64,000 nucleotides of DNA from Candidatus Saccharimonadota bacterium. GTDB lineage: Bacteria > Patescibacteriota > Saccharimonadia > Saccharimonadales > Saccharimonadaceae. The notes under the pieces are model-generated. The model was not told the origin of the DNA. It searched no databases and saw nothing but the letters and a program-made list of their open reading frames with translations. The stretch covers positions 8,678 to 72,677 of the forward strand of contig JAFWMO010000010.1 of the NCBI GenBank assembly GCA_017510705.1. Direction: 5' to 3'. How positions within the stretch are numbered: the stretch's first letter is position 1; each line of letters begins with the position of its first letter. The translations under genes were made by a program, and so were the position numbers. Shown here in pieces: positions 36,425 through 45,144 of the stretch.

Positions 36425-38200
36425 CTACATCCCAGGAATTTTGAAAGCACCAGGATTTGCGGCCTGTTCGGTATAAACCTGATCCTGCATAGCTGGCTGG
36501 CCGCCCATAGAAACTGGGCTTGGAACCTCTGGCGCAGCCGGAGCATCCATGGCTGGCATTGATGGCATGGCGGGAGTTTCTGGGGATGGAGCTGGAGCGC
36601 CAAAATCTACAGGTGGGGCTGGTGGAGGAGGCAACACTTCGTCGCCAGGAAGAGGCATATAATTAATTTCTGGGACACCATTGATTTCTGGCTCAGATGG
36701 TACTGGTGGAGCAAAAGATGCAGCTGGGTTACCTGAAACTTCAGGAGCCTCTGGAGCGGTGACGATTGGCTCTGTTGGGATAGCAGAATTGCCGCCAGCT
36801 TCGGACAGAGCGTCTTCTAGCATTTGACCGTATTTGTTAGTTCCCTCTGCTAGAGATTCTGGCTCAAAATCTGCCGACGGAGCAATGACTTTTTCGGTGG
36901 TGTTGGCCATCAAAGGCTCTTCTGACGGTGCTTCTGCTGGAACCTCTGCTGGAGCCTCCGGTTGTGGCTCTGGAGAGATAGGGACTTCTGGTAAAGATGG
37001 AACTTCTGGGAGAGTAGTAGTATCAGCAGGAGACGCTGGAGCCTCTTCGTTCTCGATACGAAGTGGGGCTTTGGCGGCTTCCGGAGTGGTCTCGGCAGCG
37101 GCAGTAGCAAGGGATGCTTCGGCAGCTTTGAGATCGTCTAGGAGGGTGGATTCTTTTTCGGTAACGGTGGCATCAACAATTTTGTTTTCATCTGCACCCT
37201 CTTCGTTGCCGTGTTCAATATCAAGTTTGGTCGGATCTTTGTCTACCTTTTCGGAAGCTCCACTGGCAAATGATAGGAGCTCGTTTTCTATATCTGGAGT
37301 GATGTTTTTGGAAATAAGCTGCTGATTGGCGCCAGATTCCATGAGACGTGATGCTAATTTCATGGTGTCGGAAGTGGTGCTAGCGCTAGAAAAACGATTG
37401 GTGGCAGCTACTATACCAGTAAGAAATGCGGTGGCTTCTTCTTTTTCAATAGGCTCTTTGCCGCTCATACCATAAAGAAGACGTGCAACCATTTCGGAAA
37501 CGGAGCTAGAGGTCTTGTCGCTCCATTCAATTTCGCCAAGTTTGCCAGGTTTGCCAGTGGTGATATTGATTACTACGGCATCATGCATAATACGGCCATG
37601 TTCACGGAGCGCTGCATCGAGGTCTATACCATTGGCCACGTCAAGAGCCAAAACCAAGTCTACATTAAAATCGCCATAAGAGAATTCTAGGTCTTCTTCG
37701 GAAATTCTAGTTTTGTATGGAGTAATAAAAATCTTGACGAAGTCACCATCAAGTTTGTAGCGAAGATGGTCTGCTTTTTCTTTGTTTAGGGCAATTACAA
37801 AATCCTGCAAAGTATCTGCTGAAGTTTCAAAAGTTTCTTCTGGCTTTAAGAATTCAAGTGCGTTTGGTGTAGAGCCGGAATAAATAGCGGTGGCTCTCTT
37901 GCCAAGACGGTCTAAGTAAAGCGAGAGGCCAATAGCTGCTGACATTTCGTCTACAGATGGATCAGAAGAAAGCGCAATTAGGATATTGTGAGATTCAATA
38001 ATTTTGCTAGCAACATCATTCATGATGTTTTGTGGCTCCTCGCCAGATGAGGTATCGCCAGAAGGCACGTTGCTAGGCGAAACATCATCAGACACCGGTG
38101 GGTCCGCCGGAGCGGTAGCATCAGAAACTGGGTCCACTGGAGGCAGTGGTGGCACTATGACATTATTATCTGTAGCAGTTTGTGTGTTTTCGTCAGGCAT
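36425..38200 (-). CDS. proline-rich protein with a central degenerate DHH/NrnA-like domain
   Basis: 591 aa. The central region ILIALSSDPSVDEMSAAIGLSLYLDRLGKRATAIYSG resembles the NrnA N-terminus without the DHH residues. Both termini are P/A/E-rich low complexity. Confidence 0.45.
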   Translation of the reverse strand: MPDENTQTATDNNVIVPPLPPVDPVSDATAPADPPVSDDVSPSNVPSGDTSSGEEPQNIMNDVASKIIESHNILIALSSDPSVDEMSAAIGLSLYLDRLGKRATAIYSGSTPNALEFLKPEETFETSADTLQDFVIALNKEKADHLRYKLDGDFVKIFITPYKTRISEEDLEFSYGDFNVDLVLALDVANGIDLDAALREHGRIMHDAVVINITTGKPGKLGEIEWSDKTSSSVSEMVARLLYGMSGKEPIEKEEATAFLTGIVAATNRFSSASTTSDTMKLASRLMESGANQQLISKNITPDIENELLSFASGASEKVDKDPTKLDIEHGNEEGADENKIVDATVTEKESTLLDDLKAAEASLATAAAETTPEAAKAPLRIENEEAPASPADTTTLPEVPSLPEVPISPEPQPEAPAEVPAEAPSEEPLMANTTEKVIAPSADFEPESLAEGTNKYGQMLEDALSEAGGNSAIPTEPIVTAPEAPEVSGNPAASFAPPVPSEPEINGVPEINYMPLPGDEVLPPPPAPPVDFGAPAPSPETPAMPSMPAMDAPAAPEVPSPVSMGGQPAMQDQVYTEQAANPGAFKIPGM

Positions 38201-38328
38201 TTTGACCTTTCTAAAACGAGTTTAGCATAAGCTTCAAGATATTGCAAGGGTAAAAAGTCTTTACTTTTACCGAGAAAAGAGTTATAATAGCGGGAAGTAA
38301 TTAATTTTTAATGTAATATAGGGAAAAA

Positions 38329-38730
38329 ATGCCAATTATTAAATCTGCTAAAAAGGCCGCTCGCCAAGCTGAAAAACGCACCGAGCACAATGTAGAAATC
38401 AAGAAAGCTATCAAAGCTGCTCTTAAGGCTTTCCGTGCAAATCCAAATGCAAAGACTCTTTCTGCTGCACAATCTGAATACGACAAAGCTGTAAAGAAAG
38501 ACCTAATGAAGAAAAACACTGCTGCACGCCGCAAAGCTGCCCTTCACGCATATGCAAAGAAAGCTGGCGTTAAACTAGAAAAAACTGCAGCCAAAAAAGC
38601 TGCTGCTCCTAAGGCTGCCGCTAAGCCAGCTGCAAAGAAGCCAGCTGCTAAAACCGCTGCTAAGGCTACCGCAACAAAGAAACCTGCAGTAAAAAAGACT
38701 CAATCAAAAGCCAAGGCTGGCTCGAAGTAG
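38329..38730 (+). CDS. rpsT: ribosomal protein S20 with about 45-aa Ala/Lys/Pro-rich C-terminal tail
   Basis: MPIIKSAKKAARQAEKRTEHN is the S20 signature. The tail reads AAKKAAAPKAAAKPAAKKPAAKTAAK... Confidence 0.85.
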   Translation: MPIIKSAKKAARQAEKRTEHNVEIKKAIKAALKAFRANPNAKTLSAAQSEYDKAVKKDLMKKNTAARRKAALHAYAKKAGVKLEKTAAKKAAAPKAAAKPAAKKPAAKTAAKATATKKPAVKKTQSKAKAGSK

Positions 38731-39274
38731 TCTTTAAAAGAATATCAAGTTTGGAGAGTTCTTTCAGAACTCTCTTTTCTTTGGTTCCCTGTTTTTTGGC
38801 ATAATCTTTAATGGCTTGTGAGGCAAGTAAGCCAAAAAACATCATTGGGTCTTCGTTGGTCTTAATTTTGTCAAGCATAGCAACGGCTTTTTTGCCATCA
38901 GTTTTGGCGGTGCGAAAAACATCAAAAGCTACATTAAAGTTAGCAATTTCTGGTAGTTTGAACTCGACAAAATCAACTTTTTTGTTTAGCTCTTTGTAGG
39001 CGGCGCTGCGTTTATCTAGGCTTAGTTCGAAAATAATAACATTATGTGGAGTATTTAGATAATCTGGAAGCCTATTAAAGATAGCTTTGTTGGTGGACAA
39101 ATCTCGGATGAGGATGTTGCGTGTGCTAGCAAAAAGCGAAGTGCCAAAGAAAACGCTAGGCAAATCTTGCTCGGTAAGTTCTGCGCCCTCAATGATTTCG
39201 TAATCTTTACCGAGCAATTTCTCAATCTCGGTTTTGGCTTTTATGCGATCATTACCATAAAAAACTTTAACCAT
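38666..39274 (-). CDS. holA: DNA polymerase III delta subunit-like protein, short
   Basis: MVKVFYGND..DLPSVFFGTSLFASTRNILIRD resembles the HolA N-domain. The ATG overlaps the mutM stop (ATGGTTAA). Confidence 0.5.
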   Translation of the reverse strand: MVKVFYGNDRIKAKTEIEKLLGKDYEIIEGAELTEQDLPSVFFGTSLFASTRNILIRDLSTNKAIFNRLPDYLNTPHNVIIFELSLDKRSAAYKELNKKVDFVEFKLPEIANFNVAFDVFRTAKTDGKKAVAMLDKIKTNEDPMMFFGLLASQAIKDYAKKQGTKEKRVLKELSKLDILLKTTSSQPWLLIESFLLQVSLLR

Positions 39275-40115
39275 TTTTTCTCCTTTGGCAATGCGGGCAA
39301 ATATGCGTGCCGCGGCCAGCAACACGAATTTTGGCTATTTCGCCACCACATTTTGGGCAAGCTCTTCCCTCGCGACGAAAGACTTGAGCAAATTTTTCTA
39401 GATAGTCGCCCTTGGTGCCATCAGCTTTGACGTAAGTTGCCATAGTAGACCCACCAGAAGCAATAGAGCGGTCCATTACGTCGCAAGCAGATTTTAGGAG
39501 AGTTTCAGCCTCTTTCCTAGTAAGGCTACCGGACTTTGTCTCTGGATGGATGCCGGCGTCAAACAAGGCTTCGTCAGCATAGATATTCCCTAGCCCGCAA
39601 ATGATGGTTTGATCTAAAATTATAGCTTTAATAGGAGCAGATTTGTGTTTTTGCAATTTTTGATAAAAATCTTCTGGCGACATGGCCCAAGGCTCTTTGG
39701 CAAGTTTTTTAACGAAAGGGTCGTTTGTCACTTCTTCGGTGCTGATAGTTTTGACGAAGCCAAATTTGCGTTGATCGTTGAAATAAAGAGTGCCGTTATC
39801 AAAATAAATTACGACTCTGGTTTGTTTATTTGGGAGAGTGGCGGTAAAATTCTCGCTTGGATGGCCGGCAGCATAACGTTCTTTGCCGTCAAAAATCAAC
39901 TGGCCAGTCATACGAAGATGGATAAGTAAAGATTTGCCATTATCCAGATCTATAACTAGAGCTTTGCCAAAACGGCGAATGTTTTTGACTGTACCGAGCA
40001 CGGGTTTGCCAACAAAAGATTTGTCACAAAATACATCAATTTTAATAATTTTGCGGTTTGTAATAAAATCTTTTAGCCCACGCCGAATTGTTTCTACTTC
40101 TGGTAACTCTGGCAT
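39267..40115 (-). CDS. mutM: formamidopyrimidine-DNA glycosylase
   Basis: MPELPEVETIRRGL N-terminus and a C-terminal zinc finger CPKCGGEI..CPHCQ. Confidence 0.9.
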   Translation of the reverse strand: MPELPEVETIRRGLKDFITNRKIIKIDVFCDKSFVGKPVLGTVKNIRRFGKALVIDLDNGKSLLIHLRMTGQLIFDGKERYAAGHPSENFTATLPNKQTRVVIYFDNGTLYFNDQRKFGFVKTISTEEVTNDPFVKKLAKEPWAMSPEDFYQKLQKHKSAPIKAIILDQTIICGLGNIYADEALFDAGIHPETKSGSLTRKEAETLLKSACDVMDRSIASGGSTMATYVKADGTKGDYLEKFAQVFRREGRACPKCGGEIAKIRVAGRGTHICPHCQRRKNG

Positions 40116-40132
40116 ATATCTATATTATAACA

Positions 40133-40187
40133 TAACTACATTTAGTGTAAAAAAGTATTGACAAGCACTATATATAGGGCTTATAAT
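40133..40187 (+). promoter_or_regulatory. sigma-70 promoter (TTGACA-18-TATAAT) overlapped by two NrdR-box-like 16-mers spaced 32 bp apart
   Basis: -35 at 40158..40163 and -10 at 40182..40187. The boxes are TAACTACATTTAGTGT (40133..40148, 12/16) and GCACTATATATAGGGC (40165..40180, 13/16), scored against the recalled consensus ACACTATATATAGTGT. Confidence 0.6.
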
Positions 40188-40240
40188 CATAAACATAACG
40201 GTAATACTAAACTAACTGGCAAGAGCCAAAGAGGAATAAA

Positions 40241-40681
40241 ATGAAAAAAATTCTTTATCGTAACCCTTATGACGCTGAAAATTTCGACATGAAAAGATAT
40301 TTGAAATCGCTAAACAAATACGCTAAGATTTCCGAAAAAGAAGCCGAGGAGGCATTGGCAGCGTTTGACCAATATGAAACTATGCATGTTTCCTGCTTGA
40401 TTGAAGCCGGTATCAAATTGATTGAAGAAAAGACCGACAAGAAAACTGCAAAGGCATATTTTATGGAGCACGAGGAATATTTTGATGAAGGCAAGTTCGA
40501 GAGGCTTCGTCGCATTACCGGCTATCTAGTAGGTACCTTGGACCGCTGGAATGACGCAAAGAAAGCTGAGGAAAAAGCACGTGTAAAGCACTCTGTGAAT
40601 TCTGCAATTGATGACGCTGCTCGTCTTGCGGCACTAGAAACCCAAGCTATGGAACACAACGTAGCCTACGCAACACGTTAG
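40241..40681 (+). CDS. small protein carrying a class III RNR (NrdD) C-terminal glycyl-radical motif
   Basis: The C-terminus RLRRITGYLVGTLDRWNDAKKAEEKARVKH aligns with my recollection of the E. coli NrdD C-terminus, RRVCGYLGSPDARPFNAGKQEEVKRRVKH. GAGGA SD. Confidence 0.6.
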   Translation: MKKILYRNPYDAENFDMKRYLKSLNKYAKISEKEAEEALAAFDQYETMHVSCLIEAGIKLIEEKTDKKTAKAYFMEHEEYFDEGKFERLRRITGYLVGTLDRWNDAKKAEEKARVKHSVNSAIDDAARLAALETQAMEHNVAYATR

Positions 40682-41655
40682 TTCTCTATCAATTTACAGA
40701 CAAGAGCCGTAAGAAGGCTCTTTTCTGTTGGGTTGGACTCGGCAATTAGGAGCGCAAGGGCGGTAAGAGCGCGGTCGCTGATTTTGGTTTCGCCATTTTC
40801 GGTGAGATGATAGTCGTTGACTGTGAGAAAGACCACAAAAAGTAGAGCGCCGATACGTTTGTTGCCGTCGTAAAACGGGTGATCTTTAATAATGAGATAG
40901 AGGAGATTGGCAGCTTTTTCGGCGATAGATGGATAGACATCTTTGCCATCAAAAGTCTGCGAGATTGCACCAAGACTAGAAGAAAAAGCATCACCACGTG
41001 GTTTGCCAAAAAGCTCGTCGCCTTTTACATTTTTCTTGAGAGACGTAATGATGCTACTGCAGTCAGATTCGGTAAGAAGTTTGATGGAACGCTTCTTGCC
41101 TTTAACGAAGGAGATGTGCCCCTCGTCAAATTCTTGCAAGGCCTTAAAACTTGGGGAGTATTTGGTAATAACTTCTAGGATGCCGCCAGCTTCGTCTGCA
41201 GAAAGATCAGAAGCGGCAACAAGGCGTTTGACAATGCCAAGCGCACCTTCAATTTCGTGAAGCTTCTTTGAATCAAGTTCTTTCAGGCGGCGATCATTGA
41301 TAGCTACGCCATCCACTACGTAATGATGCAAAACTTTGGTGGCCCAGATACGAAAGTCGGTGGCTTTTTTGGAATTAACGCGGTAACCAACAGAGATGAT
41401 GGCGTCGAGATTATACATTTTGACCCGATAAGTCTTTCCGTCTGTGGCAGTATGTGCAAAAAATGCACATACTGAACTTTCGTCCAGCTCACCATCACGA
41501 AAAATGTTACGAATGTGGCGCCCAATTACCGTACGGTCTACACCAAAAAGCGCAGATAGTTGCTCTTGCGTCGCCCAGATAGTTTCTTCATCTATGTCAA
41601 CTTTGAATATAACTTCGCCCTCATGGGCTTTATAGATTTCAACAGCTTTTTCCAT
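40678..41655 (-). CDS. RhuM-family N-terminal domain fused to a Fic/Doc domain
   Basis: The N-terminus IWATQEQLSALFGVDRTVIGRHIRNIF is RhuM-like. The C-terminus HPFYDGNKRIG is a Fic/Doc motif. The start is likely ATG 41655 (GAAAGGG SD). Confidence 0.7.
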   Translation of the reverse strand: MEKAVEIYKAHEGEVIFKVDIDEETIWATQEQLSALFGVDRTVIGRHIRNIFRDGELDESSVCAFFAHTATDGKTYRVKMYNLDAIISVGYRVNSKKATDFRIWATKVLHHYVVDGVAINDRRLKELDSKKLHEIEGALGIVKRLVAASDLSADEAGGILEVITKYSPSFKALQEFDEGHISFVKGKKRSIKLLTESDCSSIITSLKKNVKGDELFGKPRGDAFSSSLGAISQTFDGKDVYPSIAEKAANLLYLIIKDHPFYDGNKRIGALLFVVFLTVNDYHLTENGETKISDRALTALALLIAESNPTEKSLLTALVCKLIEN

Positions 41656-41727
41656 TTTTACCCTTTCAGTATGTGCAGCATACACATACTAATAATAACA
41701 CGGCTTATCCTATTTTGGAACAAGCTG

Positions 41728-44124
41728 TTATAGTTCGCCCCAATTTTGGCCTTGAGATATTTCTACAACCAATTTGACGTTTAGCTCTGGAGCGACGGGC
41801 TCCATTTTGTTTTTAAGAATCTTGGTAACTTCGTCTGCGATATTTTCATCACATTCTACGATAAGAGAGTCGTGAACTTGCATGATTAGCTCGGCTCCAT
41901 CTGGGAGAGCTTTGTCTACGGCGATCATTGCGCGCTTCATAAGATCCGCCTCGGTGCCCTGAATTGGCATATTGGCGGCGGCACGTTCCGCAGCTTGGCG
42001 AATAAGGAAGTTTGGCGAACTTACATCTGGGGTAGGACGGCGGCGACCGTAAAAAGTCTCCACATAGCCTTCGTTTTTGGCCTGAGCCAAAATATCTTCT
42101 AGCTTTTTCTTGATAGGGGCGCGGAGCTTGAAATAATCTTCTATAAAGGTCTTGGCTTCCGCCATAGACATACCGGTAGCGTCCGAAAGTCCTTTCATAC
42201 TCATACCATAGAGTACGCCAAAATTAATAGTCTTGGCGGCGCGACGCTGGTTTTTGGTGACTTCGGTAAGTGGGACATGAAAAGCTTCGGAGGCGGTTTT
42301 GGTGTGAATATCTATATCGTTGTTGAAATCGTCAATTAGGGCTTGATCACTAGATAGGACAGCTGCGAGACGGAGTTCAAACTGCGAATAATCAGCAGAG
42401 ACCAAAACTTTGCCACGAGGAGCAATAAAACCAGTACGAATACGCTTCCCCTCTTCTGTGCGCACTGGGATATTTTGGAGATTTGGGCTAACCGAACTAA
42501 GGCGGCCAGTGGCGGTGACATTTTGCGTAAAGGTGGTATGGACACGACCATTCTTGTCTGCCAAGTCTGACATCGGCATAATGTAGGTGGAAAGAAGTTT
42601 TGCGGCCTCGCGGTATTCGATAAGCTTTGGAATAATTGGATGTACATCTTTTAGTTTTTCAAGCTCTTTGGCGCCAGTAGAGTAACCACGCGTGGTTTTT
42701 TTGATGCCTTTAGTAGGGAGAGCTAAATCTGTAAATAACACTTCGGAAAGTTGTGCTGGGGAGTTGACGTTAAATTCTTTGCCAGCAAGTGCGCAGACTT
42801 CTGTTTCTAATTTTTTGACGATACTTTCATATTCTTTTTCTAGTGACTTGAAATAAGCGCGATCTATGAGCATTCCCTTTTCTTCCATTTTGTAGAGGAC
42901 TGGAATAAGTGGAAGGTCAAAATTTAAAAGTACATCTAGGAGTTTTGGTGTACGTTCTAAAATCGTGAGTTGCTCATGGTAGGCAAAGGCGAAATCTTCT
43001 GGAGCTTCGTCGCTCCTAGAAAGAGGGTTGATGAGGAAAGCGGCTTGAGAGAGGTCCCAAAAGGGCACGCCGGACAAAATCTTTTTGGCAACTGTCTCGT
43101 CTGAATGCATCAAACTCTTGATGTCCCAATCGATGATGGCTGGCGGGGCCTGGCGCTCACCCGCTATCTCGGACTGCGTCGCCTTGCCAGGCTCCGGAGG
43201 CCCGTCGATGGCGGGCTGAGTGCCACCCGCCACACCCTCTTCGCCGCCCGGCACAGATATCTTGCGGATGAGGGAGTTGAATTCAAGTTTTTTGAGGCCG
43301 GAGATGGTACGGTCTCGATCAAAAACAAAATCTGGGATTTTGGCAAGGTCTACAGGGGCGTCAAACATAATCTTTGCGAGTTCGCGAGACATGTAGGCGG
43401 AATTTTTTCCTGCTTCAAGTTTGGTCCGGACTGAACCAGAAATTTGTTCAATGTGTTCGTAAATGCCATCTAGGGTGCCAAAATCATTTAATAATTTGGC
43501 GGCGGTTTTTTCGCCAATGCCTGGAACCCCTGGAATGTTATCGGAAGAATCACCCTTCAAGGCTTTGAGGTCTAAGAACTGAGATTTTTTGATACCATAT
43601 TTTTCTTCTAGCTCTGGGACATTTATTTGTTCAATATTGGTAAAACCTTTTAAGATGCGCCACATGTGAGTGTTGCTATCTACGATCTGAAGCATATCAA
43701 GATCGGAAGAAATGATGAAAGTCTCGTACTCGCAAAATCCGTCTGGGCCTACAGTCTCATCAGCCTCACGACTAAGCGTGCCAATGATGTCATCTGCTTC
43801 GTAATTGTCAATTTCTACGAAAGCCCAACCAAGGTTTTTGATTAGCTCTTTTAGTAGTGGAATTTGAGCATAAAAATCATCTCCAGGTTTTACTCTGCCG
43901 GCTTTGTAATCTGCATAAATTGCACGACGACGCGAGACGGAAGTTTTGGAATCCCAAGCTACTACAACTTTGGTAGGATTTAATTTTTTGACGATTTCCA
44001 TGGCAATGGCCGCAAAACCATAAATGCCACCAGTAGGCGTGCCATCTGGCAAACTAAGTGCCCCCATAGCATAATAACCTCTATAGAAAACAGATTTGCC
44101 GTCGATAAGAACTAAACGCTTCAT
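41728..44124 (-). CDS. polA: DNA polymerase I
   Basis: 5' nuclease domain (LIDGKSVFYRGYYA), polymerase motifs A, B and C (DYSQFELR, RRAAKTINFGVLYG, QVHDSL). Confidence 0.9.
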   Translation of the reverse strand: MKRLVLIDGKSVFYRGYYAMGALSLPDGTPTGGIYGFAAIAMEIVKKLNPTKVVVAWDSKTSVSRRRAIYADYKAGRVKPGDDFYAQIPLLKELIKNLGWAFVEIDNYEADDIIGTLSREADETVGPDGFCEYETFIISSDLDMLQIVDSNTHMWRILKGFTNIEQINVPELEEKYGIKKSQFLDLKALKGDSSDNIPGVPGIGEKTAAKLLNDFGTLDGIYEHIEQISGSVRTKLEAGKNSAYMSRELAKIMFDAPVDLAKIPDFVFDRDRTISGLKKLEFNSLIRKISVPGGEEGVAGGTQPAIDGPPEPGKATQSEIAGERQAPPAIIDWDIKSLMHSDETVAKKILSGVPFWDLSQAAFLINPLSRSDEAPEDFAFAYHEQLTILERTPKLLDVLLNFDLPLIPVLYKMEEKGMLIDRAYFKSLEKEYESIVKKLETEVCALAGKEFNVNSPAQLSEVLFTDLALPTKGIKKTTRGYSTGAKELEKLKDVHPIIPKLIEYREAAKLLSTYIMPMSDLADKNGRVHTTFTQNVTATGRLSSVSPNLQNIPVRTEEGKRIRTGFIAPRGKVLVSADYSQFELRLAAVLSSDQALIDDFNNDIDIHTKTASEAFHVPLTEVTKNQRRAAKTINFGVLYGMSMKGLSDATGMSMAEAKTFIEDYFKLRAPIKKKLEDILAQAKNEGYVETFYGRRRPTPDVSSPNFLIRQAAERAAANMPIQGTEADLMKRAMIAVDKALPDGAELIMQVHDSLIVECDENIADEVTKILKNKMEPVAPELNVKLVVEISQGQNWGEL
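43140..43252. repeat. GC-rich palindromic element inserted in frame in polA (family member A)
   Basis: There is an abrupt GC-rich block inside AT-richer coding sequence. Its arms are GGCGCTCACCCGC and GCGGGCTGAGTGCC. It shares an identical 25-mer, TCGCCTTGCCAGGCTCCGGAGGCCC, with 51540..51564. Confidence 0.7.
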
Positions 44125-44565
44125 TTAATACCCCAATAATTCACGGCCAGGTTTGCGTGAAATTAATTTTTTGATAACTGCTAGAACTTTGGGCTTTTCT
44201 CTGCAAGCACCGAGCTCACACAGATCGGTAGTGTCGTTTCCGTTGTATTCAAGGCTACTTGTAGAAATACCGTCATATTCCATTAGAGTGCGGTTGATGC
44301 CGTCGTCATCAAAACTTTCGTCTTCTACGATTATTTTGTTGTCGTAGACATAGTAGATAGTTTTTACTTTGCTGTTTTCGGAATAGCGATCTGTAACTGA
44401 GAACTTATAGCCCTCTGGTACAGCGGCCGCGCCATCACCGTTCATTATACTAAGAACATTAATGATGAGTATAGCAACACAAGCTGCCCCAAGCACCCAA
44501 AGAGTATAACGCAAGAGATTGCCCTTTTTGTAGGCTACTGATGTAAGCTCGGCCGCGCCACTCAA
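44125..44565 (-). CDS. membrane-anchored hypothetical protein
   Basis: 146 aa with one TM helix; abuts polA and overlaps the upstream kinase gene by 4 nt. Confidence 0.55.
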   Translation of the reverse strand: MSGAAELTSVAYKKGNLLRYTLWVLGAACVAILIINVLSIMNGDGAAAVPEGYKFSVTDRYSENSKVKTIYYVYDNKIIVEDESFDDDGINRTLMEYDGISTSSLEYNGNDTTDLCELGACREKPKVLAVIKKLISRKPGRELLGY

Positions 44566-45128
44566 AATCCTATCTCCTTTAGAACTTCATCAACTCTAGA
44601 ATACATATCTTCAACGCTACTGTTGTTTAACACGTAGTAATCTGCAGCTACGATTGGGCCACCTTTTTCTAGGTTCTCAATTTCGCTACGATCACGTTCG
44701 CGAATAGCGGCAGTGTCAAAAGAACGACCTTTACGATTTGCCACACGCTCGTAACGGAGTTTTTTGTCTACCACAATAGCGAGAAAGGTGAGGCATTTTG
44801 GAAATTCTTTTTTTAAGGTCTTGTATTCTGTCCAGGAATAAACACCGTCTAATACAATGCGTTTTTGGCCGGCAGTGATAAGGTCTTTTACTTCTTCTAT
44901 AACTTGCCGAACTACCCAATCTTTGCCCTCGGTCTCACGGATCATCTCGCGAAATTGTTTTTCTGATTCCCCGTCTTCGGTACGCTCGATACCGCGTTTT
45001 TCCATTTCTTTGTAAATCATGCCACCAAAATATACCTTTGGATAGCCTTTGTCTGTAAGATAGTCTACTGCAACAGATTTGCCACTGCCGCTCATCCCCA
45101 CTATAGCTAGAATTTTTACGTTATCCAT
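44562..45128 (-). CDS. P-loop nucleotide or nucleoside kinase-like protein (dephospho-CoA kinase / UPF0200-like)
   Basis: ILAIVGMSGSGKS Walker A. The start is set at ATG 45128 because TGCTACAAT lies 6 nt upstream; the longer track ORF reaching 45272 is unlikely. Confidence 0.55.
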   Translation of the reverse strand: MDNVKILAIVGMSGSGKSVAVDYLTDKGYPKVYFGGMIYKEMEKRGIERTEDGESEKQFREMIRETEGKDWVVRQVIEEVKDLITAGQKRIVLDGVYSWTEYKTLKKEFPKCLTFLAIVVDKKLRYERVANRKGRSFDTAAIRERDRSEIENLEKGGPIVAADYYVLNNSSVEDMYSRVDEVLKEIGF

Positions 45129-45144
45129 AGTATAATTGTAGCAC

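Noticed and set aside
36834-37325. 163-aa antisense ORF, and similar long antisense ORFs (6400..6912, 10518..11054, 19577..19981, 20609..20971, 32621..33071)
   Set aside because: Each lies opposite a well-supported conserved gene and gives a Ser/Ala/Pro-rich or otherwise low-complexity translation, typical of shadow ORFs.
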